A DNA stretch of 55,154 bases. Source: Prorocentrum cordatum (taxonomy: Eukaryota). Location of the stretch: positions 62,001-117,154 of the forward strand of contig CAUYUJ010000182.1 in the NCBI GenBank assembly GCA_963575745.1, read 5' to 3'. The notes under the pieces are model-generated. The model was not told where the DNA came from and did no database searches. It saw only the letters and a list, made by a program, of their open reading frames with translations. How positions within the stretch are numbered: the stretch's first letter is position 1; each line of letters begins with the position of its first letter. Positions 1 to 11,620 of this stretch are shown here, piece by piece. Position numbers and translations under genes: made by a program.

Positions 1-115
1 ATTCGTAGTTCCTAGATGAGCTGAGGTTGCTCCAGGCTGCCGTGCGCCGCGGAAAGGGCAGGAGGTTTGTTTTTTTCTAACATATGTTGCGAGGGCCAGG
101 TTTACATTTCATGAT

Positions 116-3100
116 GTGGCAGATTTCCGCGAGCAATCTCCAGGAGAACTGTTTCAGAGACTATTGCCGTTGCAGGGAGAGTGCCCAGAAGGTGGAGTGA
201 CTACTTGTGGCGAGTGGGTTCGATTGATGTGTGACGCTCAGAATGGTGGCAAAGCGCTCCCCGTGGAGGTGGCGAGGCTAGGATATCATGTTGCTACGTC
301 GGCAGAGGGTTCAGACTGGTACTTTTGGCATGCCACTGCGTTGGGATGGGGCTTCTCTCGGCGACCCGTCATCGGCAACGCGCCCACCCTCAGGCAAGTG
401 AATCACGTCATGCAGGAGTTTGGGCCATTCGATTTTGATCGCTTCGAGTCTGCATTCTTGGACCTGCCAGGGGCGGTAACCCACGACTCCAGGAGCAAGC
501 CTGTTCGAACAATTCTTGATTGGTTGGACGCGACGCGAGACTTGAAGCAAATGCGGATGAAGGATGCAGCTTGTGAAAAATGGAATAAGATCATCAGTGG
601 AGCACGCGAGGTTGAAAACGCGCCGATTGAGGAGACGGTGGGCTACAATGTGTTGCGGTACGCTCGGGTACGGGTCGACTGCGTGGCCATGTTGTTGTGG
701 AGGGAGCGGTTCGCCAGGCTCGACGGCGACGGATTCGATATACATTTGCACAGCGATGGGTCACCACAATGGGCTGGGGTGGAATTGTTCGCGTCCACGT
801 TCGATATATTGACACCTTGCGCGCAGGGCCCGAGCAAGTATCATGTGGACAGGCGCCTGCTTCCGTTGATCAGCATCGGCATGTCAATGTTCAGTGCGCT
901 TGGGAAGTGTTTCGCGCTCCTCTGGCAGGTCTTCCTCATAGCTGGGCCGCGCTTCGAAGATGTTCGCAAATTTCTTAACATAGTACGCTCGCTGACAGTT
1001 GACTTCGGCACTGAGCGGTTGCTGGCGGATTACGAGGACGTCCTGCCGTGGTTCTTCGGGTCCTGAGGCGGCGTGGTGCCGTCGAGGTTTTCGCAATTCA
1101 GTCATTTGCTGCCGCGTTGCTTGTTGGCTCCAGGGTGGCGGCGCACGGTGGATCGCATCATCGGGCGAACGCGTGGCGGCTTGCCTGTCTTCCCCCTCTT
1201 TCTCCGCAGAGTCAAAGCCATCAACAATTTCGCGAGGCACTATAGGTTGGATTTGACACGGCTGCTCAAGGATGTGGAGGCGTTCGGCGCGGCCGATCTT
1301 GTGCAGACTGCGTCTTTGCCATATTTTGCGGAGTGGAGGTGGGGAACTTTACATGGCGTCTTGAAGTCGCTCGAATCCTGCATCGCGGCCGTCGTGGCGT
1401 CGATTGACCTCGGCGCGTTTATCAAGTGGCAGACGGCAACCAAGATGGTCAAAGACGTCCAGGAGGCATTCGGATCGGGGCAGTTTCACATTGAATTGAA
1501 GTTCGTGGTGTGGTTTACCAGTTGGTTGACTGAGTTGCAGAATGCAGCGACGTGGTGTCCTTGTCATTTGGGAGCTTGCAAGAGGAAGGAGTACCCTGAC
1601 TGCAACATGCGAGGCCGTATACTGCCAATCGTTCCGGATATCAGATCACATTTCCTTGCTGAATCCATTGCTACGATAGAACAGTGGACGATCACGCAGT
1701 GGAGAGATGCAAATACATTGAGGCTTTTGCAAGGCAGCGCGCGGTGGGCGCACGGCCTGATTCTCGAGGTCGCACGGTTTGCAGATATGATCCCGCACCT
1801 TTTCAGCCGACTTGATCAGCCTCATGTGAAGGAGGAGTGCGTTCGCCAGTACACGTCGGAAAGCCACGACCAGCATCATAGAGTTTCGCAGTATTTCATG
1901 GACCCCGCTGGCCCCATGCGGCGACTAGTTGATGAGGTATCGGAGGCAGGTGAGATCAACGATGAGCATCTCAAGAGGGAGGTCGAGTCCGTCGCCAACA
2001 TCAGTCTTGACGACAATGTGAATGAGAGCCCCCACGCACACGTCAAGCGCGAGATGGGCAGATGCCGTCCAGCACTCTTTCCTTGGAATGCGTCTTCTTG
2101 CAGGTTGAACCAAAACCTAGAGGACCTGAAGTACTTAGGTTCTGGAGGGGACTCGGAATTGCAGAAGTTATTGAACGTTTGCTCGTCGACCATCCAGGTG
2201 GAGAGTAGGAAGCTTGGGCGCAACCCACGGTGTACGAAACAAGTGTTCACGGACAAGCTGTACATGGTGCTCAGCGGCTTCCGCGACGGCTTTGGCGAGG
2301 GCGATGCCGAGCAGGATGACGATGGGGATGACGATTGCCCGACCTTCGACGATGTCGACGGTGGTGGCGGAGCTCTCGTCGCGCGCCGACCTCCGAAGCG
2401 TCCTAAGCCAGATGTTGCTGCCACTGGCGACGGCGGAGGTCGACGTCGGCTTCGCGATCAGGTCGACATGGCGATGCTTGTGCGTGAGTGGCTGATCAGC
2501 TCAATCAAGCAGTTCGAGTATCTGAGCCTTTGGACTATCAACGCCGATGGCAACATGCAGATCAGAGTATTCCAGATCCTGAGTTGTAACGTCAACGTCG
2601 TGAGCGTCACGACGTTCGAGAGCACCAAGCCCAATGAGTTCGGCTTGAAGGTCTGCGTCCAAGAGCTGGAGGTGTGGAAAGTGGACACCATACGCTACGA
2701 CACGAATCTGATTGACGTGTTCACGGGCTCCCCTCCAGAGCATGTCGACATGCTCGGCCTCGTTGGCACAGACGAGAGGAACAGGCGCCAGATGAAGTAC
2801 TGGACTTGGGCCGAGTCTGACTTGGACGGCTGCCTGGCGCTCGCTTCTCCACGACCGCGCTGCCCGACGGTGGAGCTCAAGGACGCGCCTGTCCTGACTT
2901 TGCTGGAGGACCGACGCCACAGGGGATGGAGGGATGAGGGATGCGTGTCAGCGCGGCAACGGTGGAGGAAGGAGAAGACAGGCTAGCGGAGGAAGGGGGG
3001 GCAGGAGGAGAGGACGGGTGAACGAGGAGGGGGAGGAGGGAGTTTTGGTTGCTATGATCCATGTTTTCGCCGGGAGTTGGAAGCCAAGGGTTTCGTCGGC

Positions 3101-3844
3101 TGCGGCCGCATCGTGACCCGCGTCCCAGGCGGCCCCGCAGAGTTCGATCATCGCAGGCTCCCATCCAAGCGTTTTTATCTGTTATGCGTCTTGGCACAGC
3201 CGCACCTCTTTAGCAACGGGTGCGTTCAATTCAAGTCGAATGGACCTCAGGCGTACTTCAAGGCATTACTGAAGGATCCAACGGCGGTGCCAGGGCTGCC
3301 AGCAATCAAATACATTGAAAATGACGGTGAATCTCACGACGGCCCAGCTCCAGCACAACTACTGGGGCTTCCGACCAGGTCGGCCACGAGTGAGGCGGTG
3401 GCGAGAGTTGATGCAGACATCGACGGCGACGATGGCTCCCTCCATCGCGCGCCAGCCCCGCTACAGCTTGCAGATGACGGCGGCTCCAGCGCGCACTCGC
3501 ACACATCTTCGTCGCACGCTTCTGTCGATGAAGGCTCCGTGGACGGAGACACCGCTGTCGGGCCAGACTCGTGCCCGCTCTTCATCGACGGCATGACCGT
3601 CACTCGGGAGTCCCACCTTGGCCGAGGGGACTTCGGACTGAGAGTGAAGTGTTCGAACCCATCTCACGTGAATTGCAGTTGCTACCGATCAGTTAAGCTG
3701 TGGACGGAGGAGTTTGGGGTTGATGCACCAGCGTTGTTTCTGAAAACGTGGATGGCCAAGAGTTTGGTCATGGATGGTTTGGCTCACAGGAGGTGGAGGC
3801 CAGGCCGCCAGGATGTCAGATTGCATGTCCTTGCGGACTCGTGA
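116..3844 (+). pseudogene. Degenerate DDE (hAT-like, RNase H fold) transposase-like gene, ~1190 codons, with a C-terminal Cys/His domain; probably 5'-truncated by the window edge
   Basis: ORFs 116-1066, 1073-2986 and 3077-3844 share one frame. They are separated only by one TGA (1064-1066) and a 165-168 bp purine-rich insert (2909-3076). Motif order IHLHSDGSPQ (D at 755), SLTVDFGTE (D at 1001), AEWRWGT (1334-1342), DDNVNESPH (E at 2024) resembles hAT D..D..RW..E. A probable frameshift lies in the T-run near 70-77. Confidence 0.55.
2909..3076 (+). other. Short insertion or candidate GA-AG intron (introner-like) flanked by GGAG direct repeats
   Basis: It splits PVLTLLE|(E)LEAKGF and carries an in-frame TAG (2984-2986). 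GGAG occurs at 2905-2908 and 3073-3076. Removing 2909-3076 (168 bp, GA...AG) or 2909-3073 (165 bp) restores the frame. Confidence 0.6.
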
Positions 3845-5199
3845 GGTGGATGTGCAAGCGTTCGTTGCATGACGGATGTGCCATGGAGCGTTTGGCTCCA
3901 TGGACTTGTCGTCGGCGTTCCGCCGTGCAAAACACATGCGAACAAATGCTAACGCTATCGTCACAGCCACCTCCGACCCCGAAGAGACGCCCCCAGCACG
4001 CCTGCACGACCGCACTGCGATAACCACGCCACGCGCAGCACATACACTAGCAACCTCAAGCGTGCAATCCATGTACAAGCACTGCGCAATCACACGCGTG
4101 ATAACACCACACTCGCACGCGCGCGGTATATCTTACTGGCCCTAGTTGCGTAAACCTGCCCCGTATGGGGCGGGACCCTGAGGGAGGGCGAAGCCTAAAT
4201 TAATAAGTCTGGGGGGGGGGGGGGGCTCGGAGTCCGACTTGGCTGGTGGACCCTGCTAGCTGGTATCAGCGTAATGGGGCCCGTTTCGACAAAACCCCAA
4301 TTTGGGCACCCCCCTTGGCTATGGCCTCGATTGGGCGGGGCCCTTTGGCGTCAGGCCGTTTCGAGCGAGGCGCTGTGGGACGGGGCCTCGCTCCGCGATC
4401 CTCGGGGGAGGGGCACCACCAGCGCAAAGCTGGTGGTGCAACTTGTTGGGGCGGGCTTTTCAGTGCGAAAAGCTTCGGGCACATCACCTTGTGGTCTCAG
4501 CGTGCCTCGGCTTGCCGATGATTGCGGGATCCAGTGATCGGGCAGGGGGGCGAAAGGGAGCGAGCGGGCTGGCGGGCAATGGTTTCGCGGCTCTGCTCCG
4601 CATTGGCTCGATGGCTGCAAGGCGCAGCCGCCGCGAACCGTTCCCGAATTACACACAGCAGGTCGCCGATGCTGAAAACAGCCCAACGAGAAACCGCCAC
4701 TAAGGCTCGTTGGGGCAACGTGCGCGCAAACGTTGCACCACCGCGCGGTTCGTGGCATCTAACGTGCCACGCGACGTTGCCCGCGTTTGGGTTTGCGCGC
4801 GCTCAAGGATCCATTGGCCGTGGCCCGCTCCACATATAATCTGGACCCGCGGGTTGGATGCGGCGCGCCAACAAACAAGTTTACGCTTGAAGCGCACGGA
4901 GGCAACCACAACCCCAACCGACGGCCACGTTGAAGTACGAACAACACCTCTCAGGCAACGCAAGCAAGGCTCCGAACCACCCGCGCCGAACTGATGGGGT
5001 TCCCAGCATGCGCACAACGCGGCTGGCGGAACCGAAGCGATGCCCCGAGGTTGCCCAGCCGAAATGTACTCGTCATTTACGCTGGTTAACTTTGGCCACA
5101 AACCACAAAACCCGAAATGCCCGTAGGCTACGACAGCAACAGGGGTGGATTACGGACGACAAGCGGCGGCGCCATCAAGAGTTTGTCCTGGCTTGCACT

Positions 5200-7700
5200 T
5201 GAACTACGATCGCGACCACGTGAACCACCCTGGGGCAGTCCTGATATGCCCTTACGCTGCGCGCATGCCAACGGTGGGCAACGAGCGACCAACATTTGAA
5301 CCACCCTGAACTAGTTCTGAACAGCGATTGAACTGCGAGCGCGACGACGTGGGTCAACTTGCATTAACACTGAACTGTTCTTGGGCTACGCAGGTGCCAG
5401 CGGTAGGCTACGGGCGACCACAAGCTGAACCACGCTGGCCTAATCCTAAGCTGTTCTTGGGCTACGGGCGCGGCGACCTTCGCGACCTTGGGCTAATCCT
5501 GAACTGCTCTTGAACTACACCACCCACAGCGGTGGTTTACGGACAAGCAGCAGAGGCACGCTGAACTACTCCTGAACTACAACTGAACTACAAGTGCGAC
5601 GACCTGAACCGCGCTGAACTAGTCCTGAACTACCCTTGAACTACAGCGACGCCTTTGATGGGCGATGGGCTGTCACAAGCTGCACCACGCTGAACTACTA
5701 CTGCACTATTCTTGAACCACCAGAACAAGGACCTGAACTACCCTGAACTAGTCCTGAACTACCCGTGAACTACACGGCCGACAGCGACGGACCGAAGGCG
5801 TTACGGGGTTGAGCCACGCTGAACTGCTCCCGAACTACTCTTGAACTACGCTCGCGACGACCTGAACCACGCTGAACTATTTGTGAACTATCCTTGAACT
5901 ACATGGATGCGAGCGGCGGGCGGCGGGCGACCACAAGCTGAACCGCCCTGAACCAGCCCTGAACTACACTTGATCTACATGCGCGACGACCTGAACCAAC
6001 CTGAACTACTCTTGAACTAGTCTTGAACTGCAACGCCCACAGCAGCGGTGGTATATGGACAAGCAGCAGCGGAACCACGCTGAACTACTCCTGAACTACC
6101 CTTGAACTACAAGCGCGACGATCTGAACCACCCTGAACTAGACCTGAACTGCCCTTGAACTACAGCGATGCTTGCGATGGGCGATGAGCGACCACAAGCT
6201 GAACCACGCTGAACTAGTCTTGCACTACACTGGAACTACAAGCGCGAAGACCTGAACTACCCTGAACTAGTCCTGAACTACCTTTGAACTACACGGCCGA
6301 CAGCGGCGGACCGAAGTCGCCCAGGGGCTGAACCACGCTGAACTACTCCTGAACTACTCCTGAACTACGCGCGCGACGACCTGAACCACGCTGAACCACT
6401 CTTGAACTACTATTGAACTACATTGGTGCGAGCGGTGGGTGACGGGCGACCGCAAAATGAAACACCCTGAACTACTCCTGAACTACTCTTGAACTACGCG
6501 CGCGGCGACCTGAACCAACCTGAGCTACTCTTGAACTAGTCTTGAACTACACGACCGAATGCGACGGGCCGAAGGCATTCAGGGGTTGAACCACGCTGAA
6601 CTACCCCTGAACTACACTTGGACTACGAGCGCGACGGCCTGAACCACGCTGAACTACTACTGAACTACTCTTGAAACACAGCGCGGGCAGGAGTGCACCA
6701 TGGATCAGCACAAGCTGAACCACTTCGAACTAGTCCTGAATTACACTTGAACTACGCGCGCGACAGCCTGAACCACACTGAACTACTCTTGCACTACGCT
6801 TGAACAACAGCGTGCACAGGCGTGTGCCATGGACTAGCACAAGCTGAACCACCCTGAACTAGTCCTGAACTACACTTGAACTACGCGCGCGACAACTTGA
6901 ACCACCCTGAACTACCCCTGATCTACTCTTGAACTACAGCGCTCACGACGGTGGGCGCGTGGCTGCCAGTGGTCGAACCACCCTGAACCACTGCAGCACT
7001 TTTCGCCAACTACGATTGCGACGACGTTAGCTACCCCGAACTAGGCCTGTACTTCTTTTGAATTGCGCGGATGCGGGCGGCGGGCTACGGACGACCACAA
7101 GCTGAACCGCGCTGAACTACCCCTGAACTATTCTTGAACTACGAGCACGACGACCTGAACCACCCTGAACTAGCCTTGAACTGTTCTTGAACTACATTGA
7201 TGTCAGTGGTTGGCGATGGACAAGCAGCAGCTGAACCACGCTGAACTGCTCCTGAACTACCCTTGAACTACGAGCACGGCGACCTGAACCACCCTGAACT
7301 AGTCCTGAACTGCTCTCGAACTACAGCGATGCCTGATGAGCGATTGGCGACCACAGACTGAACCACGCTGAGCTACTCCTGAACTACCCTTGAACTACAA
7401 GCGCGGCGACCTGAACCACCCCGAACTAGCCCTGGACAGCCCGCGACCTACAATATTTACATTGTGCGCGCGCGGGCTGCCATAGGCTGAACCAACATGA
7501 ACTAGTGCCGAACTACTGGCGACTTACGCGCGAGGCGACCTGGACCACCCCGAACTTCAACTGAACTGCCCTGGGTCTACGCTAAGAACGGCGGTGGCGC
7601 ACGGGCGTCCGCAGTCTGATCCACCCCGAGCTTGCCCTGAACTGCGTTTGAACTGCGCGCGCGACGGCCTGAACCACCTTGAACCAGCCCTGAAATGCAT
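5200..7700. repeat. Left arm of 129-bp TGAAC-box tandem array (~19 units, decaying at both edges)
   Basis: Repeated (C/T)TGAAC(T/C)A boxes in groups of four with a CGCGACGRCC linker. A 4-unit higher-order repeat of 519 bp is visible (5645/6164, 5774/6293, 5903/6422). Confidence 0.95.
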
Positions 7701-8774
7701 TTGAATTGTTATTCCGGCAGCGGGGGGCGGCTTGCGATCAAGTCCACCACGTCGAATCACACTTGAGGTGCACGTGAGCACCACCTCCATGTTCCCACGA
7801 GCGGGGCTGGACGGGTGGGCTGCGGCCGCGTCGCGAAATACGAGGGTGCTTCGCGACGCTCTCCTCGCACCAATGGTGGCGCGTGTCGCGCCGCTGCTGG
7901 CAGTGACGGTGGAAGCGCGTTGCTTGGGCGCTTGCCCCGCGCGTTCAAGTCGAGACGGCGGGGCGCCGTCGGCGCGCCTTGGGGCGCCAAGCGCCGCCGC
8001 GCTCGCCAACCGCCTCCCTATGCCAGCGGCGTGGTGTCCAACTCGAGGGTGTCACCGGTTGGGGCTCCTGTTCGGACGCGCTGCGGGACGTCGGCGGTCG
8101 TCGATGGCGTCGGCTCGCGGGGCGGCAGTGTGCGCGACAATTCTGTGTGCGGCTGAGTGGTGCGGAGGCTCGATGTGTATGAAACCATGTGATTTCATAT
8201 GTTTCCGCGCGTGTCGGTTTGTATGCGGTGGGCGGCTGCGCGGCCGCAGTGCGCACGCCGCCCGCCGTCGCGGGCGGCGACGCAGTGCGCCGCGCCAGTG
8301 GTGTCTTCATGTGCGCGGGGCGGGTGGCGAGGGGGGCGCTGCTCGGCGGTCTACGCGGCGCGCTTGGAACTCGCGCGCGCAGCGCTCCGCACGCGCGGCG
8401 GGGGCGGCTGTATTGGGGGGGGGGGGGGGGTGCGCGCGGCAGCCTGACGTCCATAGCCAGCCTTTCGTTGGCCATCTTGCACTGCGACCCCATCGTGTTC
8501 GCAAGGGTTTTCGCTATCGCGGGCATCGCGTGGGCGCGCCTTGGGTGGAATCCGCGAGTTGTGGGGCGCGCGCCAACCGCGTCGAATGACGTTGCGACGC
8601 AAATTGTCTAGGCCTGAACCGCGCGGGCGATTTCCGCGCGCAGCCTGAGGGGCGCGGTGTATACATGCGCTGTCAGACGACGCCAGTAGTGCATCGAGGG
8701 TGATCAGGGGCCACAGCCCCTGAACCCCGTCGGGGCTATGCGGGGCGGGCGGTCGCGATCACCTGGCAGACTTT

Positions 8775-11620
8775 GAACTACCCCTGATCTAGCATTGGCT
8801 ACGACGGCAAGGGTAGCGGAGCAAGGCCGCCTAGAGGCGGTAACGCCTTGACCTGGTCTTGAGCCAGTCTTGAACTACGCGCGCGACGACCTGGACAACC
8901 TTGAACTATTCCTGGGCAACTCTTGACCTACAGAGCTCACGGGCGCGAGCCACGGGCTGGCGCAAACCGAACCATGTTGAACTAGTATTGAACTACACTT
9001 GAACTACGCGCGCGACGGCCTGAACCACCCTGAACTATTCCTGAACTACTATTGAACTACAGCGCGCACAGGCGCGAGCCACGGGCTAGCACAAGCTGAA
9101 CCACGCTTGATCTAGTCCTGAACTACACTTGAACTACGCGCGCGACGGCCTGAACCACATTGAACTACTCTTGAACTACTCCTGAACTACAGCGCCCACA
9201 GGAGTGCACCATGGACTCGCACAAGCTGAACCACTTTGAACTAGTCCTGAGCTGCACTTGAACTACGCGCGCGACGGCCTGAACCACACTGCACTACTCC
9301 TGAGCTGCTTTTGAACTACAGCGCCCACGACGGTGGGCCATGGATAAGCACAAGCTGAACCACTTTGAACTAGCCCTGAACTGCACTTGAACTACGCGCG
9401 CGACGGCCTGAACCACCCTGAACTACCACTGAACTACTTTTGAACTACAGCGCTCACGGCGGTGGGCCAACGGCGACCGCGGGCTGAACCAAATTGAACT
9501 AGTCCTGAACTACACTTGAACTACGCGCGCGACGGCCTGAACCACCCTGAACTACTACTGAACTACTTTTGAACTACAGCGCCCACAGGAGTGCAGCGAC
9601 AACCGCCAATGGCTGAACCACATTGAACTAGTGCTGAACTACACTTGAACTACGGGCGCGACGGCCTGAACCACCCTGAACTATTCCTGAACTACTCTTG
9701 AACTAGAGCGCGGACAGGAGTGCACCATGGATCAGCACAAGCTGAACCACTTTGAACTAGTCTTGCATTACACCTGAACTGCGCGCGCGACGGCCTGAGC
9801 CATCCTGAACTAATCCTGAACTGCTCCTGAACTACAGCGTGCACAGGCGTGCACCATGGACTCGCACAAGCTGAACCACTTTGAATTAGTCCTGAACTAT
9901 ACTTGAACTGCGCGCGCGACGGCCTGAACCACCCTGAACTACCCCTGCACTACTTTTGAGCTACAGCGCCCACAGGAGTGGAGCAAGAGCCACCAATGGC
10001 TGAACCACCTTGAACTAGTCCTGAGCTACACTTGAACTACGAGCGCGACGGCCTGAACCACGCTGAACTACTATTGAACTACTCTTGAACTAGAGCGCGG
10101 ACAGGAGTGCACCATGGATCAGCACAAGCTGAACCACTTTGAACTAGTCCTGAACTGCACTTGAACTACGCGCGCGACGGCCTGAGCCACCCTGAACTAC
10201 TCTTGCACTACTCTTGAACTACAGCGTGCGCAGGCGTGCCCCATGGACTACGACAAGCTGAACCACTTTGAACTAGTCTTGATCTGCACTTGAACTACGC
10301 GCGCGACAGCCTGAACCACCCTGAACTACCCCTGAACTACTCTTGAACTACGGAGCTGACAGGCGTGCGCCATCGACTAGCACAAACTGGACCACTTTGA
10401 ACTAGTCTTGAACTGCACTTGGACTGCGCGCGCGACGGCCTGAACCAAACTGAACTACCCCTGCACTACGCTTGAACTACAGCGCTGGCAGACGTGGGGA
10501 GGCGCCCAACGATGACTGAACCAGTTTGAACTAGTCTTGAACTACACTTGAACTACGCGCGCGACGGCCTGAACCACCCTGAACTACCCCTGAACTACTT
10601 TTGAATTACAATGCTCACATGAGTGGGTCGGGCGACACCAAGGCCAGAAACATTTGAACTAGTCTTGAACTACACTTGAACTACACGCGCGACGACCTGA
10701 ACCACCCTGAACTATTCCTGAACTACTCTTGAACTACAGCGCTCGCGACTGCCAGCCATGGACTAGCACAAGCTGGGCCACTTTGAACTAGTCTTGAACT
10801 ACACTTGAACTTCGCGCGCGGCGGCCCGAACCACACTGAACTACTCCTGAACTATTCTTGAACTACAGCGCCCACGACGGTTGGTCATGGACAAGCATAA
10901 GCTGAGCCACGTTGAACTAGTCCTGAACTACACTTGAACTACGCGCGCGACGGCCTGAACCACCCTGAAGTACCCCTGAACTACTTCTGAACTACAGCGT
11001 GGCAGGAGCGTTCCACGGACTAGCACAAGCTGAACCACCCTGAACTAGCCCTGAACTACACTTGAACTATGCGCGCGACGGCCTGAACCACCCTGAACTA
11101 CTCTTGAACTGCCCCTGAACTACAGCATTCACAGGCGTGTGGCATTGGCGAGCACAGGCTAAACCACTTTGAACTAATCTTGGACTATACTTGAACTACG
11201 CGCGCGACGACCTGAACCACCCTGAACTACTCCTGAACTACTCTTGAACTAAAGCGCGCACGGCGGTGATCCATGGTCAAGCACAAGCTGAACCAAATTG
11301 AACTAGTCTTGAACTACACTTGAACTACGCGCGCGACGGCCTGAACCACCCTGAACTACCCTTGAACTACTTTTGAGCTAAAGCGCGGGCAGGAGTGCAC
11401 CACGGACTAGCACAAGCTGGACCACCCTGAACTAGTCCTGAACTACACTTGAACTACGCGCGCGACGGCCTGAACCACATTGAACTACTCTTGAACTACT
11501 CCTGAACTACAGCGTCCACAGGAGTGTACCATGGACTCGCACAAGCTGAACCACTTTGAACTAGTCCTGAACTGCACTTGAACTACGCGCGCGACGCGCG
11601 GAACCACCTTGAGCTACCCC
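8775..11620. repeat. Right arm of 129-bp TGAAC-box tandem array (~22 units), same orientation as left arm
   Basis: The anchor GAACTACGSGCGCGAC recurs at 9001, 9131, 9260, 9389, 9518, 9647 ... 11580 (20 periods in 2579 bp). Confidence 0.97.

Noticed and set aside
4140..4330. Possible element terminus (GCCCC-GTAT-GGGGC hairpin, G-run) after the first transposase-like gene
   Set aside because: No matching inverted partner in the window; the other end may lie upstream of position 1, so it is untestable here.
7557..8611. Overlapping ORFs up to 285 aa in the array core
   Set aside because: Arg/Ala/Gly-rich products open in many frames, as expected from very high GC; no motifs.
5200..11620. CRISPR array
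   Set aside because: The constant part is ~93 bp and internally repetitive, the variable parts are mostly homologous to each other, no cas1/cas2 is seen, and the context is eukaryotic.
5200..11620. Repeat-protein gene (129 bp = 43 codons)
   Set aside because: TGA in the boxes hits all three + frames and TAG hits all three - frames within each unit; the ORF track is empty across the array cores.
8775..11620. Box C/D snoRNA or TIGR-like guide array, suggested by frequent CTGA
   Set aside because: No box C (RTGATGA) partner, many boxes read TTGA, and the unit is far longer than TIGR units.
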